Positions 19,223 to 27,634 of a DNA stretch of 64,000 bases are shown here, piece by piece. Under the pieces are notes generated by a model. The model did not search any database and was not told the DNA's origin. It saw nothing but the letters and a program-made list of their open reading frames with translations. The DNA lies in the NCBI GenBank assembly GCA_027343665.1, contig DAHWKL010000001.1, positions 386,278 to 450,277 on the forward strand, written 5' to 3'. A program made the translations under genes and the position numbers. The stretch is from an archaeon (lineage in GTDB: Archaea; Nanobdellota; Nanobdellia; Pacearchaeales; GW2011-AR1). Positions within the stretch are counted from its first letter, which is position 1, and every line of letters begins with the position of its first letter.

Positions 19223-22201
19223 TTATGCACCTTGATTTACAAGAGAAGAATTAAAATAAGGAATCATGGGAGCATTAGACTTGTTTAAGCTAACTTGGGG
19301 GTTTTTTGTAAAAGCCAGATTATCATCAGCACCATAAATCCCTGAGGAAGCCATGAAAGCGGGCTGCGAGATGATCCCTGCTTGGGTAATTGCAGTTTCA
19401 TTAACATACCAAATGTCAAGTGGTCCCTGAAATCCGCCATAATAAAAATTGAAAGGATAAGCTCCCTGACTCTGAACGAGCTTTAATTCAGGATATTCAT
19501 GTCTTGGATCATTCATGAGATAAATCTCCGCAACAAGACTATTTTGAGTCCTTTGAGAAAGATACATTGCAGCCCCATGTTGGTCAAACTGATTATTGTA
19601 AAAATTAGGATAAACATAAACTGTTGCATTCACACCTGAATGGAAATCCAAAAGCTTTCCGTCAATGTACATATATTCTATAGGCTCTTCATATTGCTGC
19701 CCATTGTAAACATAAATCCCCTGAGGTTGGTAATAAGAACTGTTGGATTCATGTATTAATATTGCCCCCAAACCTGCGCTTCCTGCAGGCAGAAGAATTG
19801 GACCGGTACTGGCATTTATTATCAGATCATCATCAAGGGGGAAACCTCCCTGGTAGATTCGCGTTGTTCCGTTATTTGTCTCTTGAGTTTGAGAGGGATC
19901 TGAAACAAAAGTCTGAAGATAAGATTCTCTATCTGAAATGTTCTCTGAATTTCCAATCGAAGAATATGCAGGATATTTTCCAATATCTGTTGGGTCTATA
20001 AGAAGATAAGAAACATTATGGGTCTTCATGAAACTCAATGCCGTATCCGGTTTTGGTGTTGTCAAAACATACCTTCCCATCATATAATCCCAGTAAGCAT
20101 TGAAGTTCCCCCCATCAAGAACGGTGGTTCTAAGACCTGCTGTCTGGATGAGATAACCATAATCCCACCAGCTGAGGAATATACTGCCAGGAGCGGTATT
20201 ATTTCTGACCCATGACATTGCATTTTGCCAATAGTTGTCCATCAATGGGCCGGTATTCGCCGCCTGAACATTCGACATATAATAAGCGCCTGGAGAATTT
20301 GCTGAAAAAGGGTTCCCAAACATGTAAGCAAAAGAAAGAACTATGGCAAGAGCAAGAACAATTCCATAAACATATTTCATCCCCTCTTTTTTAGAATTCT
20401 TTATTCCCTGCAATGACCTTAGAATCAAATAAGCACCTATAATAGCTATAAAAGGAGCGACAAGGAATATTGTCCTTTGAGCAGCTCTTATGGTCACAAG
20501 CATTACGATCATCCAAGAATAAAGAAAGAGCAGATTGGTGTCAATTTTTTCCTTACTTCTGAGGTAGATAAATATCAAGCTGCCTAAAAGCCCGATAAAA
20601 CCAAGGAAGTAAACAAACTGGCTCAAGAAATTCACACCATCAAAAATACTTGTGGATGAATATCTGCTGAAAAGAACAGCAATCATGGAAGCTATCCCAA
20701 TGATAGAGAGATAAAATCTTTCTTTTTGTGATTTGATATTTCTTGTAAATTCAATCAAAATTAGAGCACTTCCCAAAATGAAGAGCCAGAAAAAAGAAAG
20801 CATTATCTGAGACTGGAAATCCGTAAGGTAAGGTTGGGCATAATAAGCGACAGTTAAACCAACTCTGTTTGTTCCAAGAGGATGAATTAGCTTTAGATAG
20901 ATATCTAAAAATACCTTGAAGCCTTCCCCCCTCGAAATGAACAACACGATTATGCCAATCATCAAAGTTTCAATCGCAGAGATAATAATTTTGAACTTTG
21001 ATTTTCTTACTTTTTCAAAAATCCCCCTTTTGAAATAATCAAAAGAGTAATCAACAAGCGCAAAAAGGAAAACTCCGGGTACTAGTATTCCTCCTGAAGT
21101 CAAGAAAAAAGAGTAAAGGTAACGGGGGGTATAATGCACAAATGATATTGTGATTAACGAAACAGCTACAAAAAGTATATAATATAGTATGAAGTTTTCT
21201 TTCTTTTTTGGTTCATTCCGAAGATTAAAAACATAATACAAAAATAATGCAATAGGAAGTATAAGGAACATGAAGTTTGCAGTTCCGTTCCATGAAGCAT
21301 AAGTTAAAGTTATAAAAATACCTGTGACAACCCCCCATATTGAGGCTTTAATTTTATCTTTTCCGAGTTCTTTGAGGCTGATTATAAATACAAGGAAAAC
21401 TGCAAAAAGGAACATTGTACCAAGAGCTTCATGGCCCGAAACACCCGCTATTGTCCTGAATAAAAAAGCAGGGGAGTAAGCCAGGAAAACACTTCCAATT
21501 ATAGAAGCTGTTTTTGATTTTGTAAGGTAATATATCAAGAAAAAGAAGATGGCAAGAGCTATAAGAAAAGCATAAGCAGGGTAGATTGTATCAATGAATT
21601 GGTAAGTTATCGCACTATTGAAAGAATGAAGAAGATTATAAGCTCCGACGACTGCATAAACAACTAAATCATGGGCAAAAGTAACATTCAACCCCGGATT
21701 TCTCATTGTGTCTATTCCGGAAATATTCCCCCCGGTCACAAGACGCCCTTCAAGCCTAAGCCAGTACATTGCATCAGGGTCAGCTAAGGTATAATTCCCG
21801 GTGGTATGATCAATCAATAATGGGAGATTAGATAGCCTCATACCCACAGATAAAATCGCAAGAATCGCAAAAATGACAACAACAAGTCCCCACTGGAATT
21901 TTTTGTTTTTCAAAAAGCTCCAGTTAAAATTGAAATTGATTGTGTCATCCTCTTTATTTCTATCTTTCTCTTCAGAGTTATGCCCCTCTTTATGCTCCTT
22001 ATGATGCCCCTTCTTTAGATGGATTTCATGAATTTCCTTATTAGGTGTTTCCTCTTTCTTTTCACTTACAGCTGCATCAGAAGATTTTTCTTCAGACAGA
22101 CTCTTCTCTCCCAAAGACAATGGTCTGATTTCAGAATCGGATTTAGCGCCGTTTATAGAATTATCAATGGGCTCTTCTTTTTTTCCTTCTTCTGAATCCA
22201 T
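19223..22201 (-). CDS. aglB: Archaeal oligosaccharyltransferase AglB (STT3 family) with about 95 aa charged N-terminal extension
   Basis: About 990 aa with 13+ TM helices and the WWDYGY motif (SWWDYGYLIQ). The track start at 22204 is TTG; the ATG is at 22201. Confidence 0.85.
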   Translation of the reverse strand: MDSEEGKKEEPIDNSINGAKSDSEIRPLSLGEKSLSEEKSSDAAVSEKKEETPNKEIHEIHLKKGHHKEHKEGHNSEEKDRNKEDDTINFNFNWSFLKNKKFQWGLVVVIFAILAILSVGMRLSNLPLLIDHTTGNYTLADPDAMYWLRLEGRLVTGGNISGIDTMRNPGLNVTFAHDLVVYAVVGAYNLLHSFNSAITYQFIDTIYPAYAFLIALAIFFFLIYYLTKSKTASIIGSVFLAYSPAFLFRTIAGVSGHEALGTMFLFAVFLVFIISLKELGKDKIKASIWGVVTGIFITLTYASWNGTANFMFLILPIALFLYYVFNLRNEPKKKENFILYYILFVAVSLITISFVHYTPRYLYSFFLTSGGILVPGVFLFALVDYSFDYFKRGIFEKVRKSKFKIIISAIETLMIGIIVLFISRGEGFKVFLDIYLKLIHPLGTNRVGLTVAYYAQPYLTDFQSQIMLSFFWLFILGSALILIEFTRNIKSQKERFYLSIIGIASMIAVLFSRYSSTSIFDGVNFLSQFVYFLGFIGLLGSLIFIYLRSKEKIDTNLLFLYSWMIVMLVTIRAAQRTIFLVAPFIAIIGAYLILRSLQGIKNSKKEGMKYVYGIVLALAIVLSFAYMFGNPFSANSPGAYYMSNVQAANTGPLMDNYWQNAMSWVRNNTAPGSIFLSWWDYGYLIQTAGLRTTVLDGGNFNAYWDYMMGRYVLTTPKPDTALSFMKTHNVSYLLIDPTDIGKYPAYSSIGNSENISDRESYLQTFVSDPSQTQETNNGTTRIYQGGFPLDDDLIINASTGPILLPAGSAGLGAILIHESNSSYYQPQGIYVYNGQQYEEPIEYMYIDGKLLDFHSGVNATVYVYPNFYNNQFDQHGAAMYLSQRTQNSLVAEIYLMNDPRHEYPELKLVQSQGAYPFNFYYGGFQGPLDIWYVNETAITQAGIISQPAFMASSGIYGADDNLAFTKNPQVSLNKSNAPMIPYFNSSLVNQGA

Positions 22202-22279
22202 CAACCTATCAAGAATAAACCGTTTTTAAAGTTTGTTTATCCTGAATCTTAATCTTTAGTTTTAGAAGCTTAATAAAAC

Positions 22280-23803
22280 TTAGTTGCTCTCTGACTTTTC
22301 TCTAAACATCCTTAATGCATCAGCAAATGCAGGTCTTGTTATGAAAACACCGACGGAAATACCAATTATCGTCGTGATTGCAAACCCTTTCAAGAGACCT
22401 GCTCCTGCCCACATAAGAGGAAGAAGAGAAACAAAAACTGTGAAATAAGATCCCATAATTATAGAAAAAGCCCTTTTTATCCTCTGTTTTATGTTCAGCA
22501 TGACATTGGAACCTGTCTCATCCATAATAACAATAAGATCATCTATACCCGTCCCTATTGTCGCGAGAATCCCTGCTATGGAAGGCAAATCAAGATTCCA
22601 TTGGATAAAAGCAGCGACTCCAAGGATGACAATAACTTCAGAGATCGTAGAAGCAATCAAAGCTAAAGAAGATCTCCACCTTTTGTATCTTACGAACATA
22701 ATTATTGAGACACAAAGTATCGCGACAAGACCCGCAAGGATTATGAAACCTATGAACTGCTGACCCAAAAGGGGGGAAATTGTATCAAGCTGGACTATCT
22801 GAAGTTTGTAAGGAAGACTTCCTGTCATGAGTATTGTTTGAAGTTTCTTCATTTGGTCCTGCGCATCAGCCAAAGCAGCGTCTTGCGTCGCACCTGTTCC
22901 TGAACCTGAAATCTGGATTTGGGTCGTCACTCTTCCCCTTAATCCTTCACTTATCTGGAGACTGTCTACAAGTTGATTATCAAGGTAGAGATCCATCTTT
23001 TGCGTGAGGTATCCCCCCTGAACCGGAATACTTGCGGTTATGTTTGCCTGTCTTTCAGCTGCCGCCGGACTCAAAACAATATTAAAGTAAAACGTGCACA
23101 CATATCCGCTTCCCCCAGATGTACATCCCTGAATAACTGCATCCTGCGCGCTTCTCCCGACTGAAGCAATATCCTGGCTACCTCCTTCAAAAACAGTGGT
23201 ATTTCCTATCTTGGCTTCAAACTTCCCCTGTTGAGAGATCAAAGATTGCAAATCACTTGGAGTTGCACCTGCAATCTCGATGAGCATATAATTATTTCCT
23301 GAAAGGTCACTTACCGGAGAAACTTGCATGTCTGTGAGACCGAAAGTATTGAGCCTGTTTTGGGTTATCTGAACAAGATCACTCACTTGACTTTGATTAA
23401 GAGAAATATTCTCCGCCTTCACAAGCGCTCTTGCCCCTCCGGCAAGATCAAGCCCTAATTTTATATTTGTCTTGGGAATTGAAGTAACTTCAAGAGAAGA
23501 AACATTATTACCATAGAATGTGTATTCCCCCGAACTTGAATCTATAACCATCTTTTCATTATGTCCAGATGAAAAGAGATTTCCAACAATCTGAGAGTAA
23601 TCATTTATGTTAGAGACTTGCTGCCCATTTATAGCAGTGATTATGTCTCCCTGCTTAAGTCCCTGGTTTGCTAAAGTTGAGTTGGTTCCTACACTTGTAA
23701 CAACAACTCCTGACTCCAGAATTTTTGGAGGGATCCCGAATATAAAGATGATAGAAAGGATAACACTTATTATCAAAATCCAGATTTTAAAGGTCAGTTT
23801 CAT
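22280..23803 (-). CDS. secD: Protein-export membrane protein SecD
   Basis: 507 aa: an N-terminal TM helix, a large extracytoplasmic domain and a C-terminal 5-TM bundle. It overlaps secF by ATGA. A PDZ-like stretch LKQGDIITAINGQQVSNINDY lies near the N-terminus. Confidence 0.75.
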   Translation of the reverse strand: MKLTFKIWILIISVILSIIFIFGIPPKILESGVVVTSVGTNSTLANQGLKQGDIITAINGQQVSNINDYSQIVGNLFSSGHNEKMVIDSSSGEYTFYGNNVSSLEVTSIPKTNIKLGLDLAGGARALVKAENISLNQSQVSDLVQITQNRLNTFGLTDMQVSPVSDLSGNNYMLIEIAGATPSDLQSLISQQGKFEAKIGNTTVFEGGSQDIASVGRSAQDAVIQGCTSGGSGYVCTFYFNIVLSPAAAERQANITASIPVQGGYLTQKMDLYLDNQLVDSLQISEGLRGRVTTQIQISGSGTGATQDAALADAQDQMKKLQTILMTGSLPYKLQIVQLDTISPLLGQQFIGFIILAGLVAILCVSIIMFVRYKRWRSSLALIASTISEVIVILGVAAFIQWNLDLPSIAGILATIGTGIDDLIVIMDETGSNVMLNIKQRIKRAFSIIMGSYFTVFVSLLPLMWAGAGLLKGFAITTIIGISVGVFITRPAFADALRMFREKSESN

Positions 23804-24957
23804 CTTGCTACCTCTCCTTTTTTAGCCTTGTGCTCGACATAAAGTTTCAAGATAGCAACATTTGTTATCCATGTGTTCAAAAGGTCAAAGAAAAGGCCTA
23901 TTACAATTATCTCAAAAATTTGAGCAAGAACTGTTGAAAAAGATTCAACAATTATAAGTGCAAAACCTATTGAAAAAATAGAGGTCAAGGTCATTGTCAT
24001 CCCCGTCTTGAAAGCGCTAAATAGCCTCTGATCTAATGTTCCTTCTGTTCTTCTAAGCATTCTTGTCGTAAGGAGTATGTCCGTATCGACAGAGTAACCG
24101 ATGAGCATAAGGAAAGCGACAATTCCTGCCGTGGAAACTTTTATTCCAAATATATCGACAGTAACGAGAGCCATAAAAATGTCTGCAAAGGCGGAAAGTA
24201 TTACTGCCATTGAAGGCACAAAAGTCCTGAACAGTATAAAGATAACAATAGACATAAAGACGAATGCGATTAGAATAGCAATCAGAATTTGATTATAAAA
24301 ACTATTTCCAAGGGTCGAACCCGTGAATTCAACATCTACATTTTTCCCTTCTGTCAAGTTGTAACCCAAATAATCCTGAAGCTCTTTTTGGGCAGTGCTC
24401 CAATTTCCAGTTGTGTCCAGAACGACAGCTTTTTGCATGTTAGTTCCAAAATCATAAATACTTGTCACGTCAAGATTTGGAAGTTTCCCTGAAAGAGCAT
24501 TCGCAAGAGTGGCAGAAGAAACATTGTTTTCATACAAAGTAATAGAAGTACCTCCGGTCAAAGTGATATCTTTTCTCATCAGATCTCCTGTATTATGATA
24601 GAAGATGACTATGTAAATAGAACAAAAGACTAATAGAAAGATAGGTATCAAGAACAAAAGTTTATAATGCTTATCATGCCAGCTCTCTATTCTTTCAACA
24701 TTGTGAGGAACTTTCTTTGATTTTTCATCTTTATCTTTTGACTTTTTGAAAAATGATCTTTTTGGGGCCTCAGCAGATTTCGCAGTATCTTCTTTTTTTA
24801 AATTGCTATCCTTGGAATTTCCTTTTATTTCTTTAGTTTTGGTAGGCTCTGGAGAAATTTTTTGCGGGTTTTCTTCAGAAAAATCTCTGGAAGGTTCAAT
24901 AGGGTTAGACTTGTTTAATTGATCCTCACTCGATGCCTCTTTGCTGTCTTCTTTCAT
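23800..24957 (-). CDS. secF: Protein-export membrane protein SecF with Lys/Glu/Ser-rich N-terminal extension
   Basis: 385 aa. The C-terminal 6-TM SecF-type region contains SVDTDILLTTR. It lies immediately upstream of secD. Confidence 0.75.
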   Translation of the reverse strand: MKEDSKEASSEDQLNKSNPIEPSRDFSEENPQKISPEPTKTKEIKGNSKDSNLKKEDTAKSAEAPKRSFFKKSKDKDEKSKKVPHNVERIESWHDKHYKLLFLIPIFLLVFCSIYIVIFYHNTGDLMRKDITLTGGTSITLYENNVSSATLANALSGKLPNLDVTSIYDFGTNMQKAVVLDTTGNWSTAQKELQDYLGYNLTEGKNVDVEFTGSTLGNSFYNQILIAILIAFVFMSIVIFILFRTFVPSMAVILSAFADIFMALVTVDIFGIKVSTAGIVAFLMLIGYSVDTDILLTTRMLRRTEGTLDQRLFSAFKTGMTMTLTSIFSIGFALIIVESFSTVLAQIFEIIVIGLFFDLLNTWITNVAILKLYVEHKAKKGEVAR

Positions 24958-25025
24958 TCAATCCTGAAAATTTTTCGATATATAAAGGTTGTTAAAATGA
25001 AAGAGATAAATCAAAAGAAAAAATG

Positions 25026-25139
25026 AAAGACGACTTAATGGTTTCGCATCTTGTCGGACACTAAAGCCAGTAACGTAGGAAGCTTAACTTCTGTGTTCGG
25101 AAAGGGAACAGGTGTTTCCAACCTACTATGGCCGTCTTC
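25026..25139 (-). rRNA. 5S rRNA (not linked to 16S/23S in this window)
   Basis: The reverse complement reads GAAGACGGCCATAGTAGG...CCTGTTCCCTTTCCGAACACAGAAGTTAAGC...AAGTCGTCTT. This gives a conserved loop C/helix III core and a closing helix I (25131-25138 pairs with 25027-25034). Confidence 0.8.
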
Positions 25140-25271
25140 AGAATTTTGAGAAAGAAGTGGTTTATAAAACTTTTTATACCCTCATCTTATAGGAATAATA
25201 TCAATTTCCACAATATGTGGGTGTGCCGGAAAGTTCAAGATTGAAGATGAACTCACCGTCACATAATTCAT

Positions 25272-25354
25272 GTGGGTGTGCCGGAGTGGTCAAACGGGCA
25301 AGATTAAGGCTCTTGTGGTTTATCCTTACCTAGGTTCGAATCCTAGCACCCACA
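25272..25354 (+). tRNA. tRNA-Leu (class II, long variable arm); anticodon loop TTAAGGC reads as AAG
   Basis: Hand fold: acceptor GTGGGTG/CACCCAC, D-arm CCG-GAGTGGTCAAA-CGG, anticodon stem CAAGA/TCTTG, variable arm TGGTTTATCCTTACC and T-arm CTAGG-TTCGAAT-CCTAG. Confidence 0.75.
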
Positions 25355-25367
25355 TATCTTCCAACAT

Positions 25368-25444
25368 GCCTGGGTAACTCAGCTTGGATTTAGAGTGCCA
25401 CCCTCCTAAGGTGGAAGTCGCAGGTTCAAATCCTGCCCCGGGCG
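25368..25444 (+). tRNA. tRNA-Arg (anticodon CCT)
   Basis: Hand fold: acceptor GCCTGGG/CCCGGGC, anticodon stem CCACC/GGTGG with loop CTCCTAA, and T-arm GCAGG-TTCAAAT-CCTGC. Confidence 0.75.
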
Positions 25445-25502
25445 TTTTTTAAAAATCATAAGAGTATACAAGAACTTTAAATTTGAAACCCTTGATGCGT
25501 TT

Positions 25503-25637
25503 ATGCCTTTTAAAGACCCTGAAAAAAGGAGAGAATATCAAAGGAGATAGTTTCGAGGGTTATTCAATAAAAAGAATAAAGAGGGGATCAGTAAATGCCA
25601 GATATTATGTGCAAATTGCCACAGAAAGATTCATTGA
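25503..25637 (+). pseudogene. Remnant of a small HNH endonuclease gene with an in-frame TAG
   Basis: It translates as MPFKDPEKRREYQRR*FRGLFNKKNKEGISKCQILCANCHRKIH*. The LCANCHRKIH end is a typical HNH C-terminal motif. The central part of the domain is missing, and an in-frame TAG lies at 25548-25550. Confidence 0.4.
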
Positions 25638-25681
25638 AAAAAGAATAAATTTTAAAAGGTAATTATATGAGATTATTAGAG

Positions 25682-25753
25682 GCGTGGATAGTATAGCGGT
25701 TAGTATAACTGGCTTCCAACCAGTTGACCCGGGTCCGAATCCCGGTCCGCGCA
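25682..25753 (+). tRNA. tRNA-Gly (anticodon TCC)
   Basis: Hand fold: acceptor GCGTGGA/TCCGCGC, anticodon stem ACTGG/CCAGT with loop CTTCCAA, and T-arm CCGGG-TCCGAAT-CCCGG. The T-loop has C where U55 is expected. Confidence 0.7.
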
Positions 25754-25759
25754 TTTTCA

Positions 25760-26017
25760 ATGAAAAAAATTTCTAGAAGCGAAGCAAAAGAAAGGATTGA
25801 AAAATTTTTTGATTATATCAAGAACAAAAACTCAGACGAAATCAAAAAGGTAAAAAATTTCGCAGCAAACCAAAAACTGCCGCTCGGCAAACACAAAGAA
25901 TCATTTTGCAAAAAATGCTTCATGCCTTTTCAGAGCAATGAAAAGATAAGGATAAAAAGAGGGTTTAAAACAATTGAATGCAAAAATTGCGGAGAAATAA
26001 AGAGAATAAAATTATAA
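25760..26017 (+). CDS. RNase P protein component 4 (Rpp21/Rpr2-like zinc ribbon)
   Basis: 85 aa from the ATG at 25760. It has an N-terminal helical region and CKKC...CKNCG zinc-ribbon cysteines. The upstream part of the track ORF overlaps tRNA-Gly and was trimmed. Confidence 0.55.
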   Translation: MKKISRSEAKERIEKFFDYIKNKNSDEIKKVKNFAANQKLPLGKHKESFCKKCFMPFQSNEKIRIKRGFKTIECKNCGEIKRIKL

Positions 26018-26215
26018 TCAACTCTTCTTGAATTTTCCGACAAGCTCGAGATTGTCTGCCTGACCGAGGAAAACTGACCTGCAGCAGAATCTCTCAAGTC
26101 CTAGGTCATCAAGGACTTTTTTTGAGTTTTCTCCCTGAGCAACTCTCTTCTTGTACTCTTCCCACAAGTGCCCTATAGGCTTTCCGCATGAGAAACATCT
26201 TACTGGAATTATCAT
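26018..26215 (-). CDS. rpoN: DNA-directed RNA polymerase subunit N (Rpo10/Rpb10)
   Basis: MIIPVRCFSCGKPIGHLWEEY...LGLERFCCR is the canonical Rpb10 signature. Confidence 0.85.
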   Translation of the reverse strand: MIIPVRCFSCGKPIGHLWEEYKKRVAQGENSKKVLDDLGLERFCCRSVFLGQADNLELVGKFKKS

Positions 26216-26331
26216 AATAATCTTCACGAATGTTAGTTTTTAAAACTTACTGTCAAGAAGAGCCATATAGTTTTCATGAACATAAATCTTTAAAAATAAA
26301 ATTTTCTAATTAATCCAAAAGAGGAAATTTT

Positions 26332-26484
26332 ATGACAAAAAAATGCCTTTATTGCCAAAGAGAGATCTCTGAGGAAAGCGTTATAGACTTTTGTGAATCC
26401 TGCGGAAGAAGAGTCTGGGGAGACAAAATGTTCGATACAATTCTCGAGAAGATGGAATCTTCGAGGGAAACCGGAGATATCTAA
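26332..26484 (+). CDS. Small zinc-ribbon protein (50 aa), unannotated in the ORF track
   Basis: MTKKCLYCQREISEESVIDFCESCGRRVWGDKMF... has CxxC-x13-CxxC. A GAGGA Shine-Dalgarno lies 6 nt upstream of the ATG. Confidence 0.4.
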   Translation: MTKKCLYCQREISEESVIDFCESCGRRVWGDKMFDTILEKMESSRETGDI

Positions 26485-26540
26485 TCAGTTCATTTTTCCA
26501 AAGAGATAGGTTTTTAAATGAAGCACTTTTCTCAATAGTT

Positions 26541-26807
26541 ATGGCAGGAAGGAAAGATCTAAGACATAGAGGTAAAATTCGATTCAGTGAATACTTTCAA
26601 AACCTCAACAAAGATGACAAAGTGGCTGTGAAAAAAGAAGTTTCAGTCGCTTCAAGTTTCCCTGAAAGACTTCAAGGAAGAACAGGTACCGTCGCCGGAA
26701 GGAGAGGAAGAAGCTATATTGTGAAAATAAAAGACCAGACAATGGAAAAAGAATTCATAATTGCGCCGGTGCATTTGAAAAAGATAGAAACAGGAGAGCA
26801 AAAATGA
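26541..26807 (+). CDS. rpl21e: 50S ribosomal protein L21e
   Basis: 88 aa. GRTGTVAGRRGRSYIVKIKD matches the L21e core. Confidence 0.8.
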   Translation: MAGRKDLRHRGKIRFSEYFQNLNKDDKVAVKKEVSVASSFPERLQGRTGTVAGRRGRSYIVKIKDQTMEKEFIIAPVHLKKIETGEQK

Positions 26808-27094
26808 TAAAAAATATGACTCCACTAAGCATGGCTGAATCATTAAAGTATATGAAAGATCAGGAAGCAAAAGCTTTCATAAAAAAATTCGCAAAGATAA
26901 GCGAAAAAGACGCCGAAAACCTAAGGAAAAAACTCGGAGAGCTAAATTTAATTAAATTAAATGAGAAGCACATATCAAAAATAATTGATTTTGTGCCTGA
27001 AGAAAAGGAAGAAGTTCAGACGATACTTCCGGATTCAAACCTGGATGATCAGGAGAAAGATGCAATACTTACAGCAATTAAAGAAAACCAATAA
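26804..27094 (+). CDS. rpoF: DNA-directed RNA polymerase subunit F (Rpo4/Rpb4-like)
   Basis: 96 aa helical protein in the conserved archaeal L21e-RpoF-DUF655 gene order, with an ATGA overlap with L21e. Confidence 0.55.
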   Translation: MIKNMTPLSMAESLKYMKDQEAKAFIKKFAKISEKDAENLRKKLGELNLIKLNEKHISKIIDFVPEEKEEVQTILPDSNLDDQEKDAILTAIKENQ

Positions 27095-27099
27095 AGAAG

Positions 27100-27633
27100 A
27101 TGAGAGAAGATTACGCGACAGTATTAGATTACTTACCAAACGGCTATCCTTTGGAAGGGAAGATGATGCCCATAGTTCAGGCTATAGGCAAAGAGAATTT
27201 CACACTCCTTGAGCTCGCTCCACGACGCGGGGTAAGTATAGAGATTGGAGAAGACCTTTACATTGGCGAAGGCAAAAGGGATAAAGTTTACTATATCCTT
27301 GGAAGGCTCAAAAGGGAAAAGCTTACAGAAACCGCAAAGAGAGAACTTCAGGAGGCAATCTCCAAAAGAATAAAAGAAAACGAAACGAAAATAGTTAAGT
27401 TTTTTAATGAAGCTCCCGCAATAAACAAAAGACTCCATCAGATTGAGCTTTTACCGGGAATGGGGAAAAAGCATATGATGGAAATCTTGAAGCAAAGGGA
27501 AGAGAAACCTTTTGAATCATTCAAGGAAATGAAAGAAAGGATCCCAAACCTTCCTGACCCTGAAAAATCCGTCGAGAAAAGAATATTTCAGGAATTGACA
27601 GAGATAGAAAAATACAATCTCTTCACACAATAA
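27100..27633 (+). CDS. DUF655-family protein (putative RNA/nucleic-acid-binding, HhH)
   Basis: 177 aa. The N-terminal YATVLDYLPNGYP is typical of DUF655, and the position after rpoF is conserved. Confidence 0.65.
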   Translation: MREDYATVLDYLPNGYPLEGKMMPIVQAIGKENFTLLELAPRRGVSIEIGEDLYIGEGKRDKVYYILGRLKREKLTETAKRELQEAISKRIKENETKIVKFFNEAPAINKRLHQIELLPGMGKKHMMEILKQREEKPFESFKEMKERIPNLPDPEKSVEKRIFQELTEIEKYNLFTQ

Positions 27634-27634
27634 G

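Noticed and set aside
25548-25550. In-frame TAG in the HNH-like ORF as possible pyrrolysine or readthrough recoding.
   Set aside because: The ORF lacks most of the HNH core, so it looks like a decayed remnant. No pyl genes or other in-frame TAGs were seen in this window.
25724-25759. N-terminal 12 codons of track ORF 25724-26017 (MTRVRIPVRAFS).
   Set aside because: This stretch overlaps the 3' half of tRNA-Gly. The Rpp21-like sequence starts at the ATG at 25760.
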